Assembly (NCBI GenBank): GCA_964016885.1 | Contig: OZ024743.1 | Coordinates: 49,352,001 to 49,416,000 of the forward strand | DNA length: 64,000 bases | Direction: 5' to 3' | Origin: Eledone cirrhosa | Lineage: Eukaryota | Shown here: in pieces, positions 13,960 to 27,551 of the stretch | Numbering within the stretch: position 1 is the first letter of the stretch | Layout: each line of letters opens with the position of its first letter | The notes under the pieces: model-generated | Databases searched by the model: none | What the model was told of the DNA's origin: nothing | What the model saw: only the letters and a program-made list of their open reading frames with translations | Made by a program: the position numbers and the translations under genes

Positions 13960-14805
13960 ATGTGGTGGTGGTGGTGTTGGTGGTAGTGGTGGTGGTAGTG
14001 GTGTTGGTGATAGTCTGGTGGTAGTAGTGTTAGTGGTGGTGGTAGTGTTAGTGGTGGTAGTAGGGTTGGTGGTGGTGGTGATGGTGATGTTAGTGGTGGT
14101 GGTAGTGGTAGTGGTGGTAGTAGTGTTAGTGGTAGTGGTGGTAGTAGTGTTAGTGGTGGTGGTGGTAGTAGTGTTAGTGGTGGTGGTAGTGTTAGTGGTG
14201 GTGGTAGTGTTAGTGGTGGTGGTGGTGGTGGTGGTGGTGATGTTAGTGGTGGTGATGTTAGTGGTGGTAGTAGTGTTAGTGGTAGTGGTGGTAGTAGTGT
14301 TAGTGGTGGTGGTGGTGGTAGTGTTAGTGGTGGTGGTAGTGTTAGTGGTGGTGGTGGTGATGTTAGTGGTGGTGGTGGTGGTGATGTTAGTGGTGGTAGT
14401 AGTGTTAGTGGTGGTGGTAGTAGTGTTAGTGGTGGTGGTAGTAGTGTTAGTGATGTTAGTAGTGGTAGTGGTGGTGGTGGTAGTAGTGTTAGTGGTGGTG
14501 TGGTAGTGGTGGTGGTGGTGGTGGTAGTGTTAGTGGTGGTGGTGGTGGTGGTAGTGTTAGTGGTGGTGGTGGTGGTAGTGTTAGTGGTGGTGGTAGTAGT
14601 GGTGGTGGTAGTGTTAGTGGTGGTGGTAGTGTTAGTGGTGGTGGTAGTGTTAGTGGTGGTGGTAGTGTTAGTGGTGGTAGTGTTAGTGGTGGTAGTGTTG
14701 GTGGTGGTAGTGGTGGTAGTAGTGTTAGTGGTGGTGGTAGTAGTGTTAGTGGTGGTGGTAGTGTTAGTGGTGGTAGTGTTAGTGGTGGTAGTGTTAGTGG
14801 TGGTA
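13960..14805. repeat. (GGT)n/GTAGTGTTA composite repeat
   Basis: Direct reading; source of the spurious poly-V/T/P ORFs. Confidence 0.95.
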
Positions 14806-15118
14806 ACAACGATAGTGATTTTACCGTTTTTCATGTCATTTTTCAATCAGATTTCGTGAGACTGCTGCTGCTGTACCTCCAACACATTTCCTTTGGTTCC
14901 TTTCATTCACTTCATTCCCCCCCTTTCTCTATTAGATCTTCACTCTCCCCCACCCTCATTCAATCTTGACTATCCCTATCCCCCTCTTTCTTTCATTGTA
15001 TTAGGTTCTCTCTCTCTCCCTCTCTTTTTCTGACTGCATTAGATTTTCACTCTCCCCACCCTCTCACTATATTAGATGTTATCTCTCTCTCTGACTCTAA
15101 TAAATGTTCCGTCACTGC

Positions 15119-15273
15119 ACACTGACGCTCTCTCTCTCTCTCTCTCTCTCACACACTGACGCTCTCTCTCTCTCTCTCACACACTGACGCTCTCTCTCTC
15201 TCACACACTGACGCTCTCTCTCTCTCTCTCACACACACTGACGCTCTCTCTCTCTCTCTCTCACACACACTGA

Positions 15274-15311
<38 letters not shown>

Positions 15312-15451
15312 CTGACGCTCTCTCTCTCTCTCACACACTGACGCTCTCTCTCTCTCTCACACACTGACGCTCTCTCTCTCTCACACACTGACGCGCGCTC
15401 TCTCTCTCTCACACACACTGACGCTCTCTCTCTCTCTCACACACACTGACG

Positions 15452-15485
<34 letters not shown>

Positions 15486-15599
15486 CTGACGCTCTCTCTC
15501 TCTCTCACACACTGACGCTCTCTCTCTCTCTCACACACTGACGCTCTCTCTCTCTCACACACTGACGCTATCTCTCTCTCTCACACACACTGACGCTCT

Positions 15600-15630
<31 letters not shown>

Positions 15631-15770
15631 TGACGCTCTTTCCCCTCCTCCTCCTCTCTCACACACACTGACATTCTTTCTTCTCTCCCCCCTTCCCTCT
15701 CCCTCCCACACACATTAATTCTCGCTCTCTCTCTCACACACTGACGTTATCTTTCTCTCTCTCACACACA
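15119..15770. repeat. Composite repeat (AC)nTGACG(CT)n
   Basis: About 20 units of ACACTGACGCTCTCTC... Confidence 0.92.
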
Positions 15771-16095
15771 CCTATATATATATATACACACATACACATA
15801 CAAGATATTAAATGTACAGAAATCGAGTGATTTCACGTGTTTTAGCAACAAAAATCGATTAATAAAAGGACTTGAGTGATTGATTGATCGATTGATTGAA
15901 CAGTGAGTGACGGTCGACGTGGACTCAGTAGTGTTGGCCACTGTCCACTGTGGTCAGAAAGTTACCACTTTGAACTTTACTACCATCATGTTTTTGGACC
16001 CTGACATTCGGTAGAAGCTGTTGTTGTTGCTGCTGCAGTCGCTGCTGCTGCTAGTGCAGATGCTTCTGTGAACAACATCTACTACTATCAGTGCA

Positions 16096-16129
<34 letters not shown>

Positions 16130-16374
16130 TTACTATTACTACTACTACTACTACTACTACTACTAAGAAAGAGAAGGAGGGAGTGTTTTAGAGCACGGGA
16201 CATCGCTTGTGAAGTGGAACTGTTCATTCCACATCGTGGGACTGACACTGCTCTCATTAGAAATTGGTCTGTCGTCATTAATACCAGCACAATAGGTTGA
16301 AGATCTGTGTGAGGGAGCGGTGGTGTGGCGGCAGTGTTAAACCAGCCCTATCTACTGTCAGAGGTACTGCTGTA

Positions 16375-16570
16375 ACTGCCACACACACACACGGCTGGTT
16401 GACCCTGGTAGAGGTATTACCACACGACTGACTGACCCTGGTACACACAGACACGGCAGGCTGTCACAGGCAGAAGTACTGGCACATACACATACGGTTA
16501 GTTGACCCTGCCACATACACACGGCTGGCTGATCTTGCTACACACACACACACGGCTGGTTGACCCTGGC
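16375..16570 (+). repeat. Degenerate repeats ACACACGGCTGGTTGACCCTG in the putative 5' UTR
   Basis: About 6 diverged copies immediately upstream of the candidate ATG. Confidence 0.7.
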
Positions 16571-16581
16571 AGCATTTGAGA

Positions 16582-16848
16582 ATGGGTAATCAGCTGAAAA
16601 AAATCCGTGAACTGGGAGGGGATGCTGTACGAAGGACTGGGCTATCAAAGGCAGATTCTACGGAGAAAGAAGAGGAGGGTAAAGGAGGAGAGGATGATGG
16701 GGCTGCTTCTTCTACGATGGTCCATCAATCATCGGTTGATGTACCATCAACTACTGAGGAATTAACAGATGGAAGACAGTCTTATACCAGTGCAGTGGAT
16801 GTTACTATTGAGACAACTGGACAGCAGGATGAGGACAGCACTGACCAG
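16582..16848 (+). CDS. Candidate first coding exon of a host gene; acidic Ser/Thr-rich N-terminus, possibly N-myristoylated
   Basis: Non-repetitive, GC-richer open frame MGNQLKKIRELGGDAVRR...EDSTDQ of 89 codons; purine at -3 and G at +4 (AGAATGG); ends at a CAG|GTATTT phase-0 donor. No downstream exon identified. Confidence 0.55.
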
Positions 16849-16960
16849 GTATTTCATTCTACATGTGCCTATTGATACATACACTCATCCCGCCATTAAA
16901 GCAGGGTGGTGGCAGCGGGTCTTTACTTATTCACACACCATTTCAATGACATGTGTGTGA

Positions 16961-17015
<55 letters not shown>

Positions 17016-17254
17016 CAGTGAAATGGATTATTTCTGTGTAGGTGTGTTTGACAGTGAAATGAACTACCCATGTGTATGTATGTGTGTGATGGACTACTAC
17101 TATGTGTGTGTGTGTGAGTGTGACGGCCTACCTATGTGTGTGTGTGAGTGTGACGGACTACCTATGTGTGTGTAAAGAGAGTGAGGAGGGGTATATCTAC
17201 TTGAGTATCTTGAATGGCCGTTGTCATTATGACATCATCTACTCTTACCTAGCA

Positions 17255-18295
17255 CACAACAAACACTACCAACAACAACACTAACAACATCCCACCCCCA
17301 CAAAAAACATCACCATCACCACCACCAACAACATCACTATCAACATCACCACCAACACCACCATCACTATCAACACCACCACCACCAGCAACACTACCAT
17401 CATCATCACCACCACCACCAACAAAACTACCATCATCATCACCACCACCACCAACAAAATCACTATCAACACTACCACCACCACCACCAACAACAACAAC
17501 ATCACTATCAACACCACCACCACCAACAACACTACCACAAAGACCACCACCACCAACAACACTACCATCACCACCACCACCAACAACACTACCATCACCA
17601 CCACCACCAACAACACTACCAGCAACACCAGCAACAACACTACCATCACCTCCACCACCAACCCTACCATCACCACCACCACCACTAACAACAAAAACAA
17701 CAACACTACCATCACCTCCACCACCAACCCTACCATCACCACCACCAACAACAAAAACATCACTACCATCACCACCAACAACACCACCACCACCAACAAC
17801 ACCACCATCACCAACAACACCACCATCACCACCAACAACAACACCACCATCACCACCAACAACACCACCATCACCACCAACAACACCACCATCACCACCA
17901 ACAAAACCACCATCACCACCAACAACACCACCATCACCACCAACAACACCACCATCACCACCAATAACAACACCACCACCACCAACAACAACACCACCAA
18001 CACTACTACCAACACTACCACCACCACCACCAACAACACTACCATCACCACCACCAACAACAACAACAACACTACCATCACCACCACCAACAACACTACC
18101 ATCACTACCACCACCAACAACACTACCATCATCACCACCACCAACAACAACACTACCATCACCACAACCAACAACAACACTACCATCACCACAACCAACA
18201 ACAACACTACCATCACCACAACCAACAACAACACTACCATCACCATCACCAACAACAACACTACCATCACCATCACCAACAACATCATTAACAAC
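17255..18295. repeat. (CAC/CAA) trinucleotide composite repeat
   Basis: Direct reading. Confidence 0.95.
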
Positions 18296-18373
18296 AGTTG
18301 TATTGTTTAAATAACTTTTTCCTGGTCTTTTCCATACTGTGTAGTCTATTTACATACAGTATGAGTGTGTGTG

Positions 18374-18417
<44 letters not shown>

Positions 18418-18467
18418 GATATATATGTATGTTTGTATGTATGTGTGTATGTATATATGTATGTACA

Positions 18468-18680
18468 CTCTGGGAATGAAGGACCCCTAGCCTTTGTCAG
18501 GGCATTCTTCTAGGAGAAGGCAACTCAGGAAACTGGGATAACTCCGACATAAAACCTGCGGCTTAGTAGTTACCGATGATGTTGATCTTTTCTTCTTTTC
18601 GGGTTATAGCTACTGTCGCTCAGAGAGTGGGATTGGCTCAGTGTTGAGTACTCTGGTGCGTTATGGTCCATCTGGTTCCT
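18468..18680 (+). mobile_element. Possible RTE 5' UTR-like fragment
   Basis: CTAGGAGAAGGCAACTC...AAAACC resembles a motif recalled from RTE 5' UTRs; lies between microsatellites. Confidence 0.35.
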
Positions 18681-18762
18681 TACCACAACTCCTCCGTTTT
18701 ATATATATATATGTGTGTATGTATATATATGTATGTATATATTTGGGTGTATGTATATATAT

Positions 18763-18945
18763 GTGTAGGTAACACGGTAAAAACCTCCCAGTCCACACTG
18801 GTTGGTGTTAGGAAGGGCATCCAGCCGTAGAAAACCCGCCAGACAGTCCTATATGAGCAGGACAACCAATCTTGCCTCAAGTGGGAAAACTCCTGTCCAA
18901 ACCCATGCAAGCGTGGAAGATGGACGTTAAACGATGATGATGATG
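18763..18945 (+). mobile_element. RTE subfamily B 3' end
   Basis: Same as 10615-10815, with a (GAT)n tail. Confidence 0.85.
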
Positions 18946-19094
18946 TATGTATGTATATATATATTTATTTGTATGTATGTATGTATATATATTCTAGGGC
19001 AGGTAAAATTCCCGAGATCCATGGACGAGTTCTCTGCAGCGGTCTCTGTCCCTCATTATCGCTGCCATGTCCTGCCTCTCCAACAGACCAGTGT

Positions 19095-19293
19095 CTGTCC
19101 TTAGGGCATCAACATACGTTAACCTGAGGATGAAAAACTCAGAGCTGTATGGGAGCCTCCCAAAAGTCAGCTCAAAAGGGACACACAGGAGACTGAGGTT
19201 AGCTGGACATGCTCACCGACATCCAGAGTTGACATTGCTCCTGTGGGAGCCCCTACATGGACACACTGGAAGAGGAAGACCAAGGTTAACGTA
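19095..19293 (+). mobile_element. RTE-clade ORF C-terminal fragment from a different family
   Basis: [12 protein letters not shown]...[33 protein letters not shown], a typical RTE C-terminus (RRLRxxGH...RGRP). Confidence 0.8.
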
Positions 19294-19311
19294 TGTATAT
19301 ATATATATATG

Positions 19312-19351
<40 letters not shown>

Positions 19352-19928
19352 AATATATATATATATATGTGTGTATGTATATATATGTATGTATATATTT
19401 GTATGTATGTATGTATATATATATACATACACATATATATGTCTATATGTATGTATATATATGTATGTACGTATATGTATGTATATATATGTCATGTATG
19501 TATATATATATATATATGTATATGTATGTATATATATATATATATGTATATGTATGTATATATATATATATATGTATATGTATGTATATATATATATATA
19601 TGTATATGTATGTATATATATATGTATGTATATGTATGTATATGTATATATATGTATGTATATATATGTATATGTATATATATGTATGTATATATATGTA
19701 TATATATGTATGTATATGTATATATATGTATGTATATATATGTATATATATGTGTATATATGTGTATATATATGTGTATATATGTGTATATATGTGTATA
19801 TATATGTATATATATATGTATATATATGTGTATGTATATGTATGTGTATATATATGTATATATATATGTATGTGTATATATATATATGTATGTATATATG
19901 TATGTATGTATATATATATATATATATG

Positions 19929-19988
<60 letters not shown>

Positions 19989-20069
19989 CATACATATATA
20001 TTATATATATATATATGTATGTATATATATTAATATATATGCAAGCAAGGAAGAGCGGCCGTAAAATGA

Positions 20070-20108
<39 letters not shown>

Positions 20109-20150
20109 GTTTAATAGTATAAGCATTGTGATTATATATATATATATATA
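19293..20150. repeat. TA/TG-rich microsatellite block
   Basis: Direct reading. Confidence 0.95.
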
Positions 20151-20333
20151 TAGAGGAGCTTCTACAGGACTAGGACTGTTTCATTCATGAGAAATCATCA
20201 TGCGCCTCCTGATGATTTCTCACGAATGAAACAGTTCTCGTCCTGTAGAAGCTCTTCTATATTAACACTTTTATACTCTGCTATGTATTGAGTACCTTAC
20301 TTACTGTGGTTACCTCCGATTCAACCCGGAATA

Positions 20334-20335
<2 letters not shown>
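20151..20335 (+). mobile_element. Fold-back element with hammerhead, Penelope-like pLTR remnant
   Basis: Inverted arms 20151-20200 and 20210-20259 plus a one-sided tail; flanked by (TA)n and (CA)n. Confidence 0.7.
20204..20252 (+). ncRNA. Type I hammerhead ribozyme
   Basis: GCCTC-CTGATGA-t.TTC tcac GAA.t-GAAA-CAG(ttctcgtc)CTG-TA^GAAGC; stem I has one mismatch; predicted cleavage after 20247. Confidence 0.7.
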
Positions 20336-20386
<51 letters not shown>

Positions 20387-20845
20387 GTGTGTGACATATA
20401 CACTTCCAGGCACATATGTGTTCAACCATTCATCTCTACATTTATTTCTGTGTGTAAGTACATTCACACAAATTCATATTTCTGTGTGTATCTGTTCAAA
20501 TCCACACACACACACACACACACACACAGGTACACATACACACAGAAATCCACACTACATATTTTTGTTCCTAGCCACCCACTCTACTAGGTTAAGGAAC
20601 ACAAATAGAGGGAGAAGAAGGTGGTGTTGGTGGTAGTGCTGTTATTGATGGTGGTGGAGGTGATGGAGCTGGTGGTGATGTTGAAGTCTGCGATGGTGGT
20701 GTTGGTGGTAGTGCTATTATTGATGGTGGTGGAGGGGAAACTGATTCATTAGCAGAGGTATTGTTTGTATGTTAAAATAAAGGTGAGAGTATTTTGAATA
20801 TGAGAAGTGTCTGGCCAGTTATGTCAAGTGTTCACTTCTAATTGC

Positions 20846-21162
20846 TGTACTGTCATAATTTTGGTAAAGGTTTACTTTAACATCGTGTACTGTCATAATT
20901 AAGGTAAAGGTTTACTTTAACGTCGTGGACTGTCGTAATTAAGGTAAAGGTTTACTTTAACGTCGTGTACTGTCATAATTTTGGTAAAGGTTTACTTTAA
21001 CATCGTGTACTGTCATAATTAAGGTAAAGGTTTACTTTAACGTCGTGGACTGTCGTAATTAAGGTAAAGGTTTACTTTAACGTCGTGTACTGTCATAATT
21101 TTGGTAAAGGTTTACTTTAACATCGTGTACTGTCATAATTAAGGTAAAAGGTTTACTTTAAA
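20846..21162. repeat. Minisatellite, 40 bp unit with a 120 bp (3-mer) higher-order period
   Basis: GTGTACTGTCATAATT(AA/TT)GGTAAAGGTTTACTTTAAC(A/G)TC; variants recur every 3 units. Confidence 0.93.
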
Positions 21163-21539
21163 GTCCCTTATTTCTTAAAATTTTCACAGCAACCCTACAC
21201 ATGCACATACATAAACACACACACAATAGCAGCTTTATGACACCCTCACACAGTGTTTTCATTATATATGTGTGTTTGTAGGCATATATAAAATTTAAGT
21301 GTGTGTGTATTTATACTGTAAAAACTGTGTGTGTCTATGCTGTATGTGTGTGCAGTATGTGACAAACAATTACATACACACACCTGTGTAAGTATGTATG
21401 TGTGTGTATTTTTACTGCATATGTGTGATGTTGCCATGTTTAGCACTAAGGTTCTACTCAATATTAAACTTAACCTTCTACAGATAACCTCTTCACTTGA
21501 CAGCTCTCATATTTCTATTCAGCTCATAGCTTTTTTTCC

Positions 21540-21775
21540 CAAAAGACACTCACTTTTAATTAATATCCTACCTGATATCTCCCATATTTACTCACCTCTC
21601 AGCATCTACACCAAAATACACTCACCTTTAATTAATATCCTACCTCAGGTCTCTGATGTTCCATTCACTTCTTAGCTTCTTCACCAAAATACACTCACCT
21701 TTAATTAATATCCCACCTGATGTCTCCAATGTTTCCAGTCACCTTTTAGCTTGTTCACCGAAATACCTTTAATTC
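21540..21775. repeat. Degenerate tandem repeat, about 62-70 bp
   Basis: Recurring CAAAATACACTCACCTTTAATTAATATCC. Confidence 0.75.
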
Positions 21776-21879
21776 ATATTCTAACTGTTCAATGGAAACA
21801 TATTTAAATTGATTTCTATAAATGAGAGGTAAATTTCTCCCCAGTTTCTCTCTTATCTCTGTAATTTAGTGTATAGATT

Positions 21880-23985
21880 CCACCACCACAACTGTAGCCA
21901 TCATTACAACAACAATGGTAACCACCACCACCACTGTAGCCATCATCACAACAACAATGGTAACCACCACCACCACTGTAGCCATCATCACAACAACAAT
22001 GGTAACCACCACCACCACCACTGTAGCCATCATCACAACAACAATGGTAACCACCACCACCACCACTGTAGCCATCATCACAACAACAATGGTAACCACC
22101 ACCACCACCACCACCACTGTAGCCATCATCACAACAACAATGGTAACCACCACCACCACCACCACCACTGTAGCCATCATCACAACAACAATGGTAACCA
22201 CCACCACCACTGTAGCCATCATCACAACAACAATGGTAACCACCACCACCACCACCACTGTAGCCATCATCACAACAACAATGGTAACCACCACCACCAC
22301 CACCACTGTAGCCATCATCACAACAACAATGGTAACCACCACCACCACCACCACTGTAGCCATCATCACAACAACAATGGTAACCACCACCACCACTGTA
22401 GCCATCATCACAACAATGGTAACCACCACCACCACCACTGTAGCCATCATCACAACAACAATGGTAACCACCACCACCACCACCACTGTAGCCATCATCA
22501 CAACAACAATGGTAACCACCACCACCACCACCACTGTAGCCATCATCACAACAACAATGGTAACCACCACCACCACCACCACTGTAGCCATCATCACAAC
22601 AACAATGGTAACCACCACCACCACCACTGTAGCCATCATCACAACAACAATGGTAACCACCACCACCACTGTAGCCATCATCACAACAACAATGGTAACC
22701 ACCACCACCACCACCACTGTAGCCATCATCACAACAACAATGGTAACCACCACCACCACTGTAGCCATCATCACAACAACAATGGTAACTGCCACCACCA
22801 CCACTGTAGCCATCATCACAACAACAATGGTAACCACCACCACCACCACCACTGTAGCCATCATCACAACAACAATGGTAACCACCACCACCACCACCAC
22901 TGTAGCCATCATCACAACAACAATGGTAACCACCACCACCACTGTAGCCATCATCACAACAACAATGGTAACCACCACCACCACCACTGTAGCCATCATC
23001 ACAACAACAATGGTAACCACCACCACCACCACTGTAGCCATCATCACAACAACAATGGTAACCACCACCACCACTGTAGCCATCATCACAACAACAATGG
23101 TAACCACCACCACCACTGTAGCCATCATCACAACAACAATGGTAACCACCACCACCACCACTGTAGCCATCATCACAACAACAATGGTAACCACCACCAC
23201 CACCACTGTAAGCCATCATCACAACAACAATGGTAACCACCACAACAACAACAACAACTGTAGCCATCATCACAACAACAATGGTAACCACCACCACAAC
23301 AACTGTAGCCATCATCACAACAACAATGGTAACCACCACCACAACAACTGTAGCCATCATCACAACAACAATGGTAACCACCACCACAACAACAACTGTA
23401 GCCATCATCACAACAACAATGGTAACCACCACCACAACAACAACTGTAGCCATCATCACAACAATGGTAACCACCACCACCACAACAACTGTAGCCATCA
23501 TCACAACAACAATGGTAACCACCACCACAACAACAACTGTAGCCATCATCACAACAACAATGGTAACCACCACCACCACAACAACAACTGTAGCCATCAT
23601 CACAACAACAATGGTAACCACCACCACAACAACAACTGTAGCCATCATCACAACAACAATGGTAACCACCACCACAACAACTGTAGCCATCATCACAACA
23701 ACAATGGTAACCACCACCACAACAACAACTGTAGCCATCATCACAACAACAATGGTAACCACCACCACCACAACTGTAGCCATCATCACAACAACAATGG
23801 TAACCACCACCCCCACCACTGTAGCCATCATCACAACAACAATGGTAACCACCACAACAACAACAACTGTAGCCATCATCACAACAACAATGGTAACAAC
23901 CACCATCACAACAACAACTGTAGCCATCATCACAACAACAATGTTAACCACCACCACCAACACCACCACCACCACCACCACTAAC
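21880..23985. repeat. Minisatellite ACTGTAGCCATCATCACAACAACAATGGTA(ACC)n
   Basis: About 50 units with a variable trinucleotide tract. Confidence 0.96.
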
Positions 23986-24198
23986 AACATTAACTGCCAC
24001 CCCTACAACATCAGTAAGAAGATCAATGCAGCTCCTGTTGCTGGATCAGTTTTCAATCTATTTAAAATAACTCTCCTTATTCTCCCCTTTACATTACTTT
24101 AGTGAATATCTATAATTTCATTAGTCTGTTGTTCAGTACTCAACTCCTCTCAGTCTATCGTCTCATCATCCCTTCATTACAGCTAACAGAACTTTGCT

Positions 24199-24915
24199 TC
24201 TTATGTATACAACTAGGAATAAACAAGTGTTTTAAGGCCATTCTTATGTATACAACTAGGAATAAACAAGTGTTTTAAGGCCATTCTTATGTATACAACT
24301 AGGAATAAACAAGTGTTTTAAGGCCATTCTTATGTATACAACTAGGAATAAACAAGTGTTTTAAGGCCATTCTTATGTATACAACTAGGAATAAACAAGT
24401 GTTTTAAGGCCATTCTTATGTATACAACTAGGAATAAAGTGTTTTAAGGCCATTCTTATGTATACAACTAGGAATAAACAAATGTTTTAAGGCCATTCTT
24501 ATGTATACAATTAGGAATAAAGTGTTTTAAGGCCATTCTTATGTATACAACTAGGAATAAACAAATGTTTTAAGGCCATTCTTATGTATACAATTAGGAA
24601 TAAAGTGTTTTAAGGCCATTCTTATGTATACAACTAGGAATAAACAAATGTTTTAAGGCCATTCTTATGTATACAATTAGGAATAAAGTGTTTTAAGGCC
24701 ATTCTTATGTATACAACTAGGAATAAACAAATGTTTTAAGGCCATTCTTATGTATACAATTAGGAATAAAGTGTTTTAAGGCCATTCTTATGTATACAAC
24801 TAGAAATAAACAAATGTTTTAAGGCCATTCTTATGTATACAACTAGGAATAAAGTGTTTTAAGGCCATTCTTATGTATACAACTAGGAATAAATAAATTT
24901 TTAAGGCCATTCTTA
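24199..24915. repeat. Minisatellite, 43/39 bp unit, alternating in the distal part
   Basis: TTCTTATGTATACAACTAGGAATAAA(CAA)GTGTTTTAAGGCCA. Confidence 0.95.
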
Positions 24916-25014
24916 AATAGGCTTCATACTCAACATAGCACCATTTTTTAGGCAATGTTTTATATTGAGATGCCTTTCGTGAGGCCTTTTAGTCACCCCT
25001 TATAATAATCATTG

Positions 25015-25775
25015 TCATCATCATCATCTTCGTTTAATGTCTATCTTCCACACTAGCATGGGTTAGATGGGAGGTGTCCCACTTGAGGCAAGATTGGTCG
25101 GGTGACCGTGTCTTGCTCGTATAGGACTGTCTGGCAGGTTTTCTACGGCTGGATGCCCTTCCTAACACCAACCACATTTACAGTGTGGAACTGGGAACTT
25201 TTTACCATGTTACCTACATGCCCACATCACAGCATGGACTGTGTGTTTTTTTGTCGTGACACCTACACGATCTCGATCTCCTTATCTCATTTATTTGGAC
25301 TGGATGTTGTGGTACCAACTTTACAGAGAGAGGGTGGTGTTAGTGGGAGGATAGGGTAGGAGTAGTGGATTGGGGTGTATATTTGGTTAAGAGGTGCCTA
25401 CTGACTGTAGGTTTCACTTTGTACATAGGCAAGGCGGGTCTTCTGTATTAGTGCGTAACGCCAAAGATCTCGGTCCAGTGACATTGTCTAAGAGAGGTGC
25501 AAGTGTGTAAGGTCGGAATTTATCAAATCGTTCCAGGTTTTTCTCTCAAGTAAACAGCACCTGATCCCTCTTATTCCTAATTTCTCACTTAGTTCATTTA
25601 TGCTTTGCTGTTCACGTATATTACTATTACACATCCAACGGAGCATGCATGCTTCGTTCCTTTCCAGTCTGCGCAGGTCCTCTGCATGCAATGCCCATGT
25701 CTCACTGCCATGTAGCATTGCTGTTCATAAACAGGCATCATACAGTCTGCCTTTCATTTTTAGAGAGAAACCTTT
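25015..25775 (-). mobile_element. RTE subfamily B, truncated copy with internal deletion
   Basis: MLHGSETWAL..RRLERNEACMLRWMCN; 3' UTR like 54950-55477. Confidence 0.9.
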
Positions 25776-25789
25776 ATAATATGCTGGGT

Positions 25790-26358
25790 TATAGTGTACC
25801 TGTTCTAAACCAGATACACCCTTGGATGCAGTATACCTATTCTAACCCAAATATACACAGGGATATGGTGTACCTATTCTAACCAAAATATACACAGGGA
25901 CACAGTGTACCTATTCTAACCCAAATATACACAGAGATACAGTGTACCTATTCTAACCAAAATATACACAGGGATACAGTGTACCTATTCTAACCCAAAT
26001 ATACACAGGGATACAGTGTACCTATTCTAACCCAAATATACACAGAGGGGTATGGTGTACCTATTCTAACCCAGATACACAGAGGGGTATGGTGTACTTA
26101 TTTGCACACAATGATATTGTGTACTTATTCTAAACCAGATACATACAATGGTACCATGTACCTATTCTAACCCAGATACCCAGGGATACAGTGTACCTAT
26201 TCTAAACCAGATACACAGGGATACAGTGTACCTATTCTAAACCAGGTACACAGGGATACAGTGTACCTATTCTAAACCAGATACACAGGGATACAGTGTA
26301 CCTATTCTAAACCAGATACACAGGGATACAGTGTACCTATTCTAAACCAGATACACAC
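25790..26358. repeat. Minisatellite, 36-42 bp unit
   Basis: GGGATACAGTGTACCTATTCTAAACCAGATACACA. Confidence 0.92.
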
Positions 26359-26459
26359 AGAAAAACAAAAACAAATAAGTCGGGAGAAAGCAGAAAATAT
26401 AGAGGAAGGAATAGAAAACAATAACAATTATTAAAAAAAGAATATTTTAATGACTGGAA

Positions 26460-26640
26460 AGGCAGTAACAGTAGAGCATTGGACATGCTTTGAGGCATAT
26501 AGTTATGGATGGCCCTTTACATTGAGTTCAAATCCTGCCAATGAAATACAGTAACAGTAAGGCACTGGGTTGATTTAATCGACTTTCTTCTCCTCCCAAA
26601 ATTGTTTCCTTGTGCCTAAATCAGAAACCATTATTATTTC
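26460..26640 (+). mobile_element. SINE family 1, degenerate
   Basis: GAGTTCAAATCCTGCC B box; CCTTGTGCCTAAATCAGAAAC tail. Confidence 0.6.
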
Positions 26641-27082
26641 TTCACCTGTTGATAATTGTACAATTGTAATTTTTTAGTGTCCACATTTAGGTGAATGTAG
26701 GTAATATATTTGAAGTATCTCAATATTAAGGTTGTGAACCAGCATGGCCACAGTCAAATGACTGAAACCAGCTAAAGAGTAAAAGAATTCAAAACGTTTG
26801 CTATATTGCTAATGTTTATCTACTTGGCAAATCTTTGAAATATTCAGTGAAAAAATGTCTACATTTTGAAGGAAAGAAGTTAAGAATGTGTACATATGGT
26901 GGTGGTGAGATTGGCTGGTGTTGGTGAGTTAGCTTCAAATATTAGTGAAATTTTCTATCCCAAGGCTCCTGAATTCAGTATCGTGGGGGAGGGGGAAACT
27001 CGCTTCAATTAGCTATATTATCCAGATCTAAGATTTCACTGTAACATGCTGTGTTGAAAAATGTTTCAAATGTCATAAAAAA

Positions 27083-27260
27083 TTGGCAGAATCATGAACA
27101 CCAGTCAAAATATCTTGTATTTCTTCTGGCTCCTTTTGTTCTGAGTTCAAATCTCACTGAGGTCAACTTTGCCTTTCATGTAATCCAGGGTCAATAAATA
27201 TGATGTTGAATGGGATACTTTGCAGTATTTGTTCCAGTTCTTTACATTTCGAGTTCAAAT
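27083..27260 (+). mobile_element. Degenerate SINE family 1 fragments
   Basis: CTGAGTTCAAATC..GAGGTCAACTTTGCCTTTCAT. Confidence 0.6.
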
Positions 27261-27551
27261 ATTTGCTGTGGCCTGCTAAGGTGGCAGATTAACCATCATC
27301 CAGTTAATTTCATTACCTGGCTCTTCAGTGTCTTTAGCAGAGTCTACTCTGTTAAAAGTATTTGGAAAATGTCTCTGGTTTGAACCCTTTTTAAGTTATG
27401 TTTCAAAGACCACCTTAATAATGAGTTATATTACAGAATCTCTCCAAATTCTTTGTTATGTTCAAAATGATTTGAAAATCATAGGCAATGTCTTTCGTTA
27501 GAAATAAGATAAGAGAAAGGTTAAATGAGACAAACATTTTATGAAGATGCC

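Noticed and set aside
13929-14859. Long poly-T/P/V ORFs
   Set aside because: Translations of a trinucleotide repeat, open in several frames.
19067-20122. 351-aa ORF and overlapping YI-rich ORFs
   Set aside because: Only the first 70 or so residues are an RTE remnant; the rest is TA microsatellite.
21816-24102. GGGYHCCCDDGYS and His-rich ORFs resembling structural or metal-binding proteins
   Set aside because: Open in four frames because the unit lengths are multiples of 3; no synonymous variation, signal peptide or splice context; frameshift at 23210.
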